64,000 nt of DNA, from contig OX597820.1 of assembly GCA_951406725.2 (NCBI GenBank), positions 26,350,001-26,414,000 of the forward strand, read 5' to 3'. The DNA is from Octopus vulgaris. Lineage: Eukaryota. Below the pieces are notes generated by a model that ran no database searches, was not told the origin of the DNA, and worked only from the letters and a program-made list of their open reading frames with translations. The position numbers and the translations under genes are program-made. Shown here one piece after another: positions 24,970-36,916 of the stretch; the first letter of the stretch is position 1, and each line of letters starts with the position of its first letter.

Positions 24970-25168
24970 CTAATCTGGTGGCCGCGGTAATTTGAAGTTT
25001 TCACTTGTACAATTAGTACGGATTATAAGATGTTCCGGAGTATCAGTGTTCGGAAAATCGGTGTTGTACAACAGCCGTCTATAGATTTCTTCTCTTCTCT
25101 TCTTTCGTATTACCACGATAACAAAAGGCACACCTATAATGATTAGGCACAAAGCCACACCTTTCCGT
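24970..25168 (-). CDS. Candidate terminal exon of a single-pass membrane protein
   Basis: After atatcctag|: RKG-VALCLIIIGVPFVIVVI-RKKRREEIYRRLLYNT...PRPPD*. A hydrophobic helix is followed by a basic stop-transfer cluster and a YxxL/LL motif, with ATTAAA ~30 nt past the stop. No upstream exon was identified. Confidence 0.4.
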
Positions 25169-25784
25169 CTAGGATATATACTCCATTAGGTAGATTGTCA
25201 ACATGTAGCGTTCATTGTAAAGGTATTATTTTCACGTAACGCCCTGTTCTTTTTTCCTCTCTCTCTCTCTCTTTCTCGATGGACGACTAATGTCTTGTAC
25301 TCCTGTGTGTTGTTTTGATCGATCCAAGTACCAGAATGAATAGGTAATAACTTTTATTGATTGCAGAAAGTTGAATGATAAAATTGCTTCCTGTACTCCG
25401 AATGCCTGTTATTTCGAAGCCCAGGCGTGGCTGTGTGGTTAAGAAGCTTGCTTCCCAGTCTTGTCGCTATGAGTTCAGTCCCACCGCTTGGCATTTTGGG
25501 CAAACGTCTTCAATTATAGCGCCTTGCCGACCAAAGCCTTGTGAGTGGATTTCGTGTGTGTGCGCGTGTCTTTGTGTTTGTCCTTCACACTGCTTGACAA
25601 CAGGTGTCAGTTTGTTTATATCCCCGTAACTTAGCGGTTAGACTAAAGAGATTGAAAGACAAAGTAGCATGCTTTAAGAATATATATACTGAAGTGGATT
25701 TTTGGACCAAATCCTTCAAGGTGCACCAACATGGCTACAGTTTACTGACGGAAACAAATAAAACATAGAATATATTATGTGTAT

Positions 25785-26000
25785 TACTCTTTTACTTGTT
25801 TCAGTCATATTTGACTGTGGTCATGCTGGAGCACCGCCTTTAGTCGAGGAAATCGACCCCAGGACTTATTCTTTGTAAGCCTAGTACTTATTCTATCAGT
25901 CTTCTTTTTCCGAACCGAGAAGTTACGGGGACGTAAACACACCAGCATCGGTTGTCAAGCGATGTTGGGGGGACAAACGCAGACACACAAACACACACAT

Positions 26001-26052
<52 letters not shown>

Positions 26053-26215
26053 ACACGATGGGCTTCTTTCAGTTTCCGTCTACCAAATCCACTCACAAGG
26101 CTTTGGGTGGGCCCAAGGGTATAGTAGAAGACACTTGCCCAAGGTGCCACGCAGTGGGACTGAACCCGGAATCATGTGGTTGGTAAGCAAGCTATTTACC
26201 ATACAGCCACTCCTA
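25785..26215 (-). mobile_element. Family A tRNA-headed SINE with internal microsatellite
   Basis: Head GGAGTGGCTG..TGGTAA...GGTTCAGTCCCACTGCGTGGCACCTTGGGCAAG; tail TGACTGAAACAAGTAAAAGAG. Many copies across the window. Confidence 0.9.
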
Positions 26216-26684
26216 CGCGTATTATTTGTTTCAGTCATATGACTGCGGCCATGCTGGAGCACCGCCTTTAGTAGAACAGATTTATTCTTTGTATTCTAGC
26301 GGTTTCTTTTGCCGAACCGCTAAGTTACTTGGAAAGGTTGGTTGAAAAGCTTGCCACTAACTCCAAAAAAAAAAAAGACTACTAAAGGCAGTGGATTGAC
26401 TCAGAATCTTTACAACATGGATAAAATACTTTGTGGTGTTTACTTCCTGCCTTTGTCAAGTGATGGTGGGGGGAAAACACACACACACAAAACATATATA
26501 TATACTGCAGGCGTCTTTCAGTTTCCATCCACCAAATCCACTCACAAGGCTTTGGGTCGTCCTGAGGCTATGGTAGAAGACACTTGCATAAGGTACCACA
26601 CAGTGGGACTGAACCCGGAACCATGTGGCTGGTAAGCAAGCTGCTTACCATACAGCCACTCCTGTGCCTATATATATATATATC

Positions 26685-27010
26685 ATCAACATCATCATCG
26701 TTTAACGTACGCTTTCCATGCTAGCATGGGTTGGACGATTTGACTGAGAATTGGCGAACCAGATGGCTGCACCAGGCTCCAATCTGATCTGGCAGAGTTT
26801 CTACAGCTGGATGCCCTTCCTAGCCAACCACTCCGAGAGTGTAGTGGGTGCTTTTACGTACCACCGGCATGAGGGCCAGTCAGGCGGTACTGGCAATGGC
26901 CACGCTCAAATGGTATTTTTTACGTGCCACCTGCACAGGAGCCAGTCCAGTGGCACTGGTAACGATCACGCTCGAATGGTGCTTTTTATATACCACCGGC
27001 ACGGAAGCCA
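26685..27010 (-). mobile_element. Family D (RTE 3'-derived) retroposon with three internal ~63-bp units
   Basis: Reverse complement of the 10470 and 61720 layout. Confidence 0.85.
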
Positions 27011-27881
27011 GTTTATATATATATTAGGTTTGGAGATGATGTACAGGTATTATATATTAGAAGAAATAAAACATTCAGAAATCTGGATGGTTTTATATTT
27101 ACAGATTTTTATTAATATGTCACATGTTTTTATAAATCATATATTGGCGCTTGCATCCACTCCAGTGGATTCTTCAGATTGAATTATATATATTATATAT
27201 ATTTATATATTATATATGTTATATATTATATATTTTTATTATGTAATATTCATTGTTAGAACACTTACCATGGCCCTACTCAATCATGGCTGGCTCAGGG
27301 CTAAAAGAACAGCAGCATTATAGAGATTTCTTACACTGCAATCTCAGTATTTCTGTTTCCTATAACAGTAATAACATCTAACACTGATCATTCTAGTCTT
27401 CTATTTCAGTCTCTTTACCATACCAGTTATGCTGTTTCCAAAGCATCTTTCTAACTAATCTGTCTTAAGTATTTCTAAAATACCAACCTAACAAGTTGAT
27501 CTACTACTGTTACAGCTTTAGGCTGATATAGAGGAAATAATAACAGTAACAAACACCGACAAAAGCTACAATATCAACAAACAAAAAAAAGTGTTAATGT
27601 TTCAGAAAACTTGATTGTGTATTTGTTCATCTTTCTCTCCCTCTTTCCTCCCTTCCTATATATATATATATATATATATAATATGTATGTATTGAGTGAG
27701 TAGCTATAACTTTGTTGTGAAGAAATTCACTTTGAAACCATGTAGTTTTAGGTTCAATCCCTCTGCACAGCATCTTGTATATGTGTCTTCTACAGCCATG
27801 GGCCAACCCATGCTTTGTTAATGAATTTGGTTGAAGGAAACTGCAAGAAGCTCATTCCATATATATATATATATATATATA

Positions 27882-28163
27882 TGGAGGCGCAATGGCCCAG
27901 TGGTTAGGGCAGCGGACTCGCTGCCGTAGGGTCGCGGTTTCGATTCCCAGACCGGGCGTTGTGTGTTTATTAAGCGAAAACACTTAAAAGCTCCACGAAG
28001 CTCCAGCAGGAGGTGGTGATCCCTGCTGTATTCTTTCACCACTTTTTCTTCTGTTGGCCTGCTCGCTTAGCCAGCGGGGTGGCGTCATTCGAAGGCTAAA
28101 ACAATGTGAACGCATTGTGACCAGCGATGTGTAACGACATCTGATGGTCTGGTTGGTCACGTG

Positions 28164-28164
<1 letters not shown>
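27882..28164 (+). mobile_element. Family R SINE, well-preserved copy
   Basis: GGAGGCGCAATGGCCCAGTGGTTAGGGCAGCGGACTCG...GGTTTCGATTCCC; TCG at the anticodon-like position. Confidence 0.9.
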
Positions 28165-28204
<40 letters not shown>

Positions 28205-29165
28205 TATATGTATGTATTAATTATTGAATTATGTATTAATTAACTTCATTAGCTTACAGCTGCTTCTGCTATATTTATGTGTGTATATTATTTTACTTAT
28301 TATCATTAAATAGCAAATAACTTGAAAAGGTTGGTTGAAAAGCTTATCACTAACTCCAAAAAAAGACTACTAAAGGCAGTGGATTGACTCAATCTTTACA
28401 ACACGGATAAAAAACTTTGTGGTATTTACATCCAACATTTGACTTTCTGAGTTCAAACCTCATTAAAATCAACTTCACCTTTTCAGCTCAATCTTCCAAG
28501 CAGTATTAGATTTACCTATAGGCTTGGCTGGCTGAAGCATTGACCTCAAAATCTGGTAGGCTCTCAGCCAAAGTATTTTTCTAGCCATGAATGTGGGAGA
28601 TAAAGAAGCCCTAAGCCATTCCACTTGTGAGGTGTTCCTCACAAGTCGAATGGCTTAGAGCTTCTGTTCGTCTAAATCCAGTACTGTTTTCATGGATAAA
28701 GTAAAGCATCAATCGATAAAATTGACTGATACTAGTATCTTCCAGGCTTCAAACCTGAGAGTTCAGCTGAGGACCACAGACAAATGTCTTCTCAATGCTG
28801 CTTGTACTTTAAGGGTAGATGGAGAAAAACCTCAACTGTCATAGGGAGCCACTGGCACGGGAGGCAGTCAGTGGCCCTGGCAACGATCACGCTTGAATGG
28901 TGCTTTTAACATTCCACTGGCACGAGTGCCAATCAGGCGGTACTGTCATTGACCATGACGATTTCACTTGCCTCAACAGGTCTTCACTAGAATAGCGTAA
29001 GGTGCAGAAATCCAAGGTATGAGTTTTAAAAGACATAATGATGTCACACAAATGCTATAATTAATGCAAAATGTGGTGCATTTTTCATCATACCTGATGC
29101 TAGTCAACAGAAGACTATAATACATATAAGGATGTCCTGTTTTATACTATGTAATATGGAGTAGC

Positions 29166-29572
29166 CAGTCAGTGGCCCTGGCAATGATCACGCTCGAATG
29201 GTGCTTTTAACGTTCCACTGGCACAGGTGCCAATCAAGCGGTACTGTCATCGGCCACGACAATGATTTCACTTGCCTCAACAGGTCTTCACAAGCCTAGT
29301 TTATTGTCCAATGATTGAAGGGTACTCTTAAATGGGCTGGTTATACAGCACTGGTATAGGCCACGGTTATGGTCTCACTTGGCTTGCCGGGTCTTCTCAA
29401 GCACAGCATATCTCTAAAGGTCTTGGTCACTTGTCATTGCCTCGGTGAAGCCCAATGTTCGAAGATCGTGCTTCACCACCTCATCCCAGGTCTTCTTGGA
29501 TCTACTTCTTACACAGGTTCCCTCAACTGCGAGGGTGTGACACTTTTTCACACAGCTGTCCTCATCCATTCA
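29166..29572 (-). mobile_element. RTE LINE ORF C-terminus and start of 3' UTR
   Basis: Translates as MDEDSCVKKCHTLAVEGTCVRSRSKKTWDEVVKHDL...DL*RYAV, matching the RTE C-terminal G.R.RGRPKKTW region. Confidence 0.85.
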
Positions 29573-30406
29573 CAGTACACACATACACACACCTCAATGA
29601 CAGGTTTCTTTCCATTTCTGTTTTATTTTAATTTCTCTCATAAGGGTTTGGTTGGCCTGGGGCTACAGTAGAAGTCACTTGCCCAAGGTACCATGCAATG
29701 TGGGACTGCTCTTGAGATCACATGGTTGGAAAGAAAGCATCTTAACCACATGGCAACACCTGTGCTGGGATTTCATTGATTTAACTGAGGAAGAAAGTTT
29801 TGAATATCTCACTACTTAATGTCTTTCATATATTTCATTCCATTCCACCATTTGTTGAAGATTCAACAAGATCTACTTGTTGAAGATTCAACAGCTTATG
29901 TTGGTTTTAGGTCTATCTGTCTAAACTGATTGTGGATTGGACAGTTTACCTCTGTTAAGATGAAAAAGTCTTGAACAGAATTTGAATTCAGAATGCAAAG
30001 AACCAGAACAGATACTACATGGCTTGTCTGATGCTCGAACAGTTTTACTTATCCATCCTCCTGGGTCAGTATTTTATTTACCAAGCTTGAAAGGATAAAA
30101 AGCAAAGTTGACCTCTGAGGTTTTAGTGCAAAGAGCAGAGATGAATGTTGTAAAGCATTCAACCCAACGGTCTCACGGTCCTGCTTGGTCCCTTTCTCTT
30201 TGGTTGACTTGGGGCTGTAGAAAATACTTACCCAAACATAGTCTTTAGTTCAGTCCCACTATGTGTGTGACACCTTAGGCAGGTTTCTCAGCCCTGAGCT
30301 GACCAAAGCTTTCTGTAGACAAACTGAAAAAAGCTTGTTTTATTTATATAAATATTTCTCAAATTGAATTAGGTATGGAAACAATTGTAGGTTTGATGTT
30401 GTTCGG

Positions 30407-30449
<43 letters not shown>

Positions 30450-30842
30450 ACTCATTTTTTCTTTCAATTATTTGTCAATTGACTGTGGCCATGCTGGAGC
30501 ACTGCTTTGAGGGGTTTTAGTCAAACAAATTGACACCATACACACGTATTAACGTATGAAAGGCAAAATCTAAGGCACAAATGACTCCTTCCCTCTTCAT
30601 CTATGTGTGTGACCAAGTGTTTTTGAATTGGTACACCTTATCCTTTGTCCGTATGCTTTGAAAGAGGTAAATAATTGAGTTGATGTCAGGGGACGGGTGA
30701 AGTCTACCCCCACCACAAAAAAACAAAACAAACAAATGAAAAACAAGTCGTCCAACTCATGCCAACAGGGAAGTCGGACGTTAAATGATATATCTATATA
30801 TATGAGCGTAATTTGAGGATACATACATATATGAATATAGAT

Positions 30843-31410
30843 ACAGAGTGCAATGGGTAAATTGTCACCGTTTTATAGTTTTAATTTCGCTCATGCGCAT
30901 TGTTTTTGATTTTGTTGACTACACAGTATTGTAGGGTCAGTTGGGCACCGTCTGTGAGGAAAAACAGCATAATTCACCCTGCCAGAAATTTGGAAACGAC
31001 ATGCTGTACTGCTTGACATTTGTTCTGGAAGCTCCAATGAGAACATTTCGGAGTGTTTGGGTGTCAATCTGAGGACATGTACTGAGAGTGATAAAAATCA
31101 AACATCCAGTCAACATCACGGTGTTTGAAGTGATCACTAGCGATGGCAACGTTATGCCTCCATTCATCTTCCCACACGGCCTCTGACAAAACACGGAAGC
31201 CTACATGAAGTGCCTGGAGGAGGCAGTGCTGGCCTGAGTGAATAGGGAAGCTGCTGGCAACAGAAGTCTGCACCATGCCTCACAAACAGGGGAACCCAGT
31301 CATGGCTGTCAGACAATTTCTGTGACCACATCACCCCTAACATCTGGCCACCTAACTCCCCAAACTGCAACCCCTTCATTATCATGTGTGGGGTGCACAT
31401 TATCATGTGT
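30843..31410 (+). mobile_element. Decayed Tc1/mariner (maT-like) transposon
   Basis: Frameshifted peptides PEIWKRHAVLL..ISECLGVNLRT, HPVNITVFEVITSDGNVMPPFIFPHGL and ITPNIWPPNSPNCNP (SPDLNP-type motif); TA+CAGAGTG terminus; truncated by a SINE. Confidence 0.85.
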
Positions 31411-31712
31411 GGGCAGGTGTCTTCTATAGCCTCGGGCCGACCAAAGCCTTGTGAGTGGATTTGGTAGACGGAAACTGAAAGAATCCCGTCGTGTATATGC
31501 ATGTGTGTGTCCGTGTTTGCTGCCACCCCAACATCGCTTGACAACCGATGCTGGTGTGTTTACGTCCCCGTAACATAGCGGTTCGGCAAAAGGGACGGAT
31601 AGAATAAGTACTAGGCTTACAAAGAATAAGTCCTGGGATTGATTTCCTCGACTAAAGGCGGTGCTCCAGCATGGCCACAGTCATATGACTGAAACAAGTA
31701 AAGAGTAAAAGA
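31411..31712 (+). mobile_element. Family A SINE lacking most of its head
   Basis: Body and tail nearly identical to 43632-44016. Confidence 0.9.
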
Positions 31713-32212
31713 GTATACCTTTTACGAAAGCGTTCTCGTCACAACTAGCCAGCATCTTTTCATATCACTGTATCTAGGGGCTCTGCGATATGTAGCTTTT
31801 GTTTTATTTTGTGATTTGAGGGAGATTTGGCTGCTATTTCTAGCGTCGAGGCTGCCTCATTGACTCATGAAGTTAGGTGCTGCTTTGCTTGTGTGGGCAT
31901 TTATTCAATATACACACACACATATATGCGTTCATTGACATCGCATAACCAACAACACACAGGTATTGGTTATCTAGAAAGATAGACAGACGTCGAGATC
32001 CAACGGCTGTCTAAACTTTTTATACAACTACAACACAAACAACATTAAATTTCCGGTTTATGAAACACTGAAAAATAGCAATTATTGATTGTCAACGTGA
32101 ATTGTCTCTGCTGTCAGGTAAAAAGTTTATTTTGTAAACAGTTGAATATGCGTGTGTGTCCATTTCGTGTTTGTTTTGCAAGCATTTGTGCGTATCTTTG
32201 TAGACTTTATAT

Positions 32213-32256
<44 letters not shown>

Positions 32257-32812
32257 TTATATAATGTGTGTGTATAATTTACTTATTCGAAGCTGCAAGT
32301 TCCACGAAAAAATAAATTCTTCTTCTATATACGTTTTGAATACATTCCACACCTGCATGTGAATTCAAACTTGTGTGTATGTGTAAGATATTTATATATG
32401 TAACCTTAGAAAATTGATCTACGTGTGTATATTTATTATAAATATAATTTGAAAAGTTGTTTGAATGCGTATGTCTGGTCCATGAGGAAACACCCTCCCT
32501 CCTTTTTTCTTCTCATCACTATTCATGTTTATATTCTGATCTCATCTACTTTACAGTGAAATTTTCTAATATTTAAAACGTATTTCAGTTCTTCTTATTT
32601 AAGCTTTATGCATAAAATGACATTTTATATAGACATACACACACCCACACGTATATATAAAGCTAAGGCTTTGGCCATGTCTATTACGGTAGTCACTCAC
32701 TATATCGCGGTTTATTATTTAAGCTTACGTCGATTCCTCTTGGTGTTGCTTTGCATTTATAATAAAGTAAAGCCAATAAATATATACAAATTATAATAAT
32801 AATAAGATACAG

Positions 32813-33401
32813 TACTGTTTCTACTTCGGATTTTCACCTATTGCGAGGTGTTTTGGAACATAACACCCGCGGTAGTCGAGGGATTAGTGTACACACACAC
32901 ACAGATGCACTCGTTCAACCTGTTGCTTGTAAGTTGGAGTGTAAATAAAGTATTTATATAAATACGAACTCCTGGTAACTTTTAATATTGAACGCTATAA
33001 TTTTATATCAGATCTTATATATTAGCTCGCTCGTGTAAACGTTTATATATCCACCTACGCCTATAGAAAGAAGTATTTGTGTTTAAAGATACCTGTATGT
33101 GATTGCGCGCACACACAGAGGCCTCTTTTATGCTTCGTTGCTCTTCAGAGGTATATTTTCGCTTCAGAAGACGAAAATAAAAAGGTTAATATTTTTTTTA
33201 TTCGTATGTATGTGTCCGGACATTGACTGAAGATCTGTGAATACTACCTGGATTATTTTACACGCTATTTATTTATACCCGCACAATGTACTGTGGGATC
33301 TTCAATCTTATATGTCCGGACTTTTAAAAGTTGACGTACGTAAAACGCATTGACGCCTGCCTGCCTGATAGCGACTGTGGTGGTTTGGTGATGGATATAT
33401 A
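32813..33401 (+). pseudogene. Candidate exon chain (32813-32928, 33012-33094 or -33203, 33331-33401) encoding PH-like peptide, in-frame TAG at 33023
   Basis: Donors GTAAGT (32929), GTATGT (33095, 33204) and GTGAGT (33402); acceptor ttttatatcag (33011). Peptide YLIY*LARVNVYISTYAYRKKYLCLKIP...RYIFASEDENKKVNIFFI. Downstream joins are ambiguous. Confidence 0.3.
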
Positions 33402-33813
33402 GTGAGTGTGAATATGGTCATGGCTTGAGACATTTCAGTACACTTCTGTTAATTGCCTGTTGACGCCCGACTTGTAAAAAGATATACACAACTCCAGCCG
33501 CCTCCGAGCCATCCAGAAATGAAACGATAAAAGCGTTTCATTTTACTTAATTGCTATCGGCCAACGAGACAAGCTCTTAACCATTCGCACGACCCGTTAG
33601 AAAATAGTAAATAAATAAATTTTCCTCTGTTGTCTTAAAAATACAAAACAAAACACTGGCAAATATAGTTTCTGATATATAAAGATACAGGGTTGTCATT
33701 GCTGAAATACCTTTGATCACAAGTCTGATTAATCAGGGCTGATCTGGGACTAAGCAACAACATTATTGCTGTCGTTCGAATCGCTAGAAACAGCAGTCAA
33801 GTATACTTTACGT

Positions 33814-34027
33814 CAGTGTTTCTCAACCACTTAAAAAAAATTTTTTTGTTTTTACTTATGGACCTCTTGGATTCCTATTTTATTCGAATGGACCGTCCAA
33901 TTATATTTTTGTAAGTAAATATGAGGAATTATATGATAATGATTATTAAAATATTTGTGTATTTTAGAAGTATTGCAGGTAAATTTTAACAACAAAATAT
34001 TACATGGACCCCGGCTGAGAAGCCCTG
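33814..34027. mobile_element. hAT-like MITE
   Basis: Termini CAGTGTTTCTCAACC / GGCTGAGAAGCCCTG; degenerate 8-bp flanks CTTTACGT / CTTTGTAT. Confidence 0.6.
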
Positions 34028-34139
34028 CTTTGTATACTTCTTTATTTCTGTTCCGTTCTTGGTTGGTCCCAAAAGAGTGTTAGTTTCTCTATCAGAGGAG
34101 TTCCTGTCCCAACACGTTTAATTTCTGGAGAAGGGAATG

Positions 34140-34180
<41 letters not shown>

Positions 34181-34649
34181 GTCTTCCCGATTCTTAGAGA
34201 GGTGAGGGTTGGCGCCAGTATCTCGCTGGGCGACTTTGCCTTTCATTCTTTCGGGGTCGATTAAATAAGTACCAGTTACGCACTGGGGTCGATATAATCG
34301 ACTTAATCCATTTGTCTGTCCTTGTTTGTCCCATCTATGTTTAGCCCCCTGTGGGCAATAAAGAAATAGGTATTTTATCAACCACAGAAATATAGAAGGT
34401 GGAGTTTGAATTCGGCAAGATTTGAACCCAGAACGCAAAGAACAGGAACAAATATCTCAATTTAATCTGTCTGACATTCTGTCAACTCTGTTGATTCGCT
34501 TTGCCTTAAACACAAACAAAGGACATGTTAGACAATGTAGTTCTAGAGAAAAAACAACACTGTAGTTAGAAAGAAGAGGGAGTTTTGGAATAGCTGTTAT
34601 TTAAAATTTCCTATAGTATTTCAGTGTTTCATACAACGGAAATTACGAT

Positions 34650-34805
34650 TACTCTTTTTACTTGTTTCAGTCATTTGACTGTGGCCATGCTGGAGCACCG
34701 CCTTTAGTCGAGCAAATCGACCCCAGGACTTATTCTTTGTAAGCCTAGTACTTATTCTATTGATCTCTTTTGCCGAACCGCTAAGTTACGGGGACGTCAA
34801 CACAC

Positions 34806-34859
<54 letters not shown>

Positions 34860-35045
34860 TATATATAAATATATACATATATACGACGGGTTTCTTTCCA
34901 GTTTCCATCTACCAAATCCACTCACAAGGCTTTGGTCGGCCCGAGGCTATAGTAGAAGACACTTTCCCAAGGTACCACGCAGTGGGACTGAACCCGGAAC
35001 CATGAGGTTCATAAGCAAGCTACTTAGCACACAGCTACTCCTACG
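34650..35045 (-). mobile_element. Family A SINE, full length
   Basis: Same head, body and tail as other A copies. Confidence 0.9.
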
Positions 35046-35615
35046 AAACAAACAAAAAGACTTTTTCCCCAAATTTCAATTTTGTTTTCACATTCCCTCA
35101 GTCATTTCCATTCACGACTTTTTCCAAAATTTTGCTGAAACGAGGACGTCTTAAGAACGGCTGGAAATCCTTGGGTTTATTTAATCTGTTCAGTTTTGTT
35201 GCTCTAAAACTCATGACAAAATCTCTTGAACGTCACATTTCCTTATTTGCTCTTTAATTACCAGTGTCAGATTGGGCGGAACTCATGACCCAAGCAGGGT
35301 CCTCTTGACCCATTTATTGTTCGACTGATAGTAAGACATTAAATGTTGGATGTAAAATAGATTTTAAAAGAGAATTTTTTTTTCACCCAGGATGTTCTTC
35401 TGGTCTTGCTTCGTGACTATTATATAGATCCAAAAGAAGTGGAATCCGCTAAACGCACTCAAGAGGTGGCATGTAGTGGATTAACTACGCTACCCCAATA
35501 TTTAGCTACTGTCTGTCTATGTCCAGTTTTTTTTAAAAAATTTATTATTTAACATTAAATGACAGTAATATAAGCAAATTATTTACCATAACAAGAAAAA
35601 AATCTGAAATTTAAA

Positions 35616-36027
35616 GTATCTTTTCGGTTTGAACGGTAGTTTTTTAATATAATTTCCACGTAACTAAACACTTTTAAACTTCGTATACTGGTAGAATGTG
35701 TTTATAAAACATCTTTTTCTCTTGGCTTTGAGAAAATTCTATGGTTTATAAGATATTTGCTGTTTTTTTTCCTTCAATTTCTGCAATTTCAACAAATCAA
35801 TGACGTCTATTGAGGTGAAAACATTCTGTGCCGTATGAATAGGTCCCTCGTTTAAGAAACAGATTGGGTTTATTTACATTTTTGAAAAAAAAAAGATACC
35901 CTTCCCCCACCCCTAACCCTCCCTAAAACAGATTGAAATGCAATAGATCGATACTAGGGTCATAATTATGGGTGACAATTTCATATGACACCGCTAGAAA
36001 AAATTGCCGTTCAAACCGAAAAGACCC
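35616..36027. mobile_element. Non-autonomous DNA element with ~27-bp TIRs
   Basis: TCTTTTCGGTTTGAACGGTAGTTTTT / AAAAATTGCCGTTCAAACCGAAAAGA; internal CCCTAACCCT. Confidence 0.85.
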
Positions 36028-36310
36028 AATTTAAACACTTTTGTATTTTAGTTTTTTGTTTCAATAACTGAACTGCGACCATGCTGAGGCACCGCACCGC
36101 CTTGAAGTGTTTAGTCGAACAAATCGATCCCCAGTACTCGTTTTCTTTTTCTTGATGCTCTAAGCATGTGAATATTTTGTTTAATGCTTAACCCGGTCCT
36201 GATAGAAGGTCGAAATTAAATACGTGTATCCGTGAGCGAAAGGGTGAACTAGCCGAAGAAGTGGCCTTTCTGAATGAAACGTCAAAATTCGGCCTTCCTT
36301 ACTTACAATT

Positions 36311-36700
36311 GTTGGCATCCTTTTGTCTCGGGAGACAATAGAGTTGCACATAAACTAATCCAGTCTGGTTTTTACATTTCATGTCCTTCCAGTTTCCTCT
36401 CCAGTTTTGCACAGGCCTGGGCTAGATGTAAGAAAATCCTGGGTAGATTCCTCTCTCGACCTTGCTGACGTAGTCCAAAGGAGTGCAGAGTGCATTACGT
36501 TTGGCACCAGCTTGGTTGCAGGAGCTGCCGGAAGAGTGTCGAGTCGAACACTAAACCGCCTACGGGGCTCCACTCCAGATTTCTTTGAAGGTCGTCTCCT
36601 TTCCGTAACCCTGGATAGGGGCCCATACCGGGTACTTTCAGCCGGAGCTAGCTGAGCCCGGACTCGTGTCAGGCAGGGTCGTCACTCCGAGATAGTGATG
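36311..36700 (+). mobile_element. Orphan GC-rich segment resembling an RTE-1-type LINE 5' UTR
   Basis: Blocks TTGGCATCC..GTCTCGGGAGAC, GTAGTCCAAAGG, TTTGGCACCAGC..GCAGGAGCTGCC and AACCGCC..GGGGCTCCACTCCAGATTT recall RTE-1 5' UTRs from memory; no ORF follows. Confidence 0.55.
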
Positions 36701-36735
36701 AAAATCGCTACCCACTACCTAAATATTATTTACAA

Positions 36736-36916
36736 TATTCGTTTCATTCATTATCCATCATCTTTTCCTTCACATTTCAGGTATACTGAAGACCCTTTTT
36801 GTCATTGCTTCCGTCCATGTAAATAAAGTCTTGGTTAAAGCAGGGAATTGTCTGACTTATGACAAAAAAGGTCTTCAGTATACCTGAAATGTAAATGATG
36901 GATTATGAAACGAATA
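36736..36916. repeat. Foldback with 34-bp near-perfect inner arms
   Basis: ACATTTCAGGTATACTGAAGACCCTTTTTGTCAT / ATGACAAAAAAGGTCTTCAGTATACCTGAAATGT. Confidence 0.9.

Noticed and set aside
25030-25222. Plus-strand reading with LLSYYHDNK and an internal TAG
   Set aside because: No good acceptor, and it overlaps the more coherent minus-strand transmembrane exon.
27882-27957. tRNA-Arg-like gene
   Set aside because: No proper acceptor stem, and it continues into a SINE body seen in several copies; it is a SINE head.
35101-35256. Exon-like block after a strong acceptor reading LLKRGRLKNGWKS or FAETRTS*ERLEIL
   Set aside because: Two different frames both look PH-like and neither joins the upstream chain in phase, so the risk of over-reading is too high.
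35911-35925. Telomere-like CCCTAACCCT
   Set aside because: Under two units, and internal to a TIR element.
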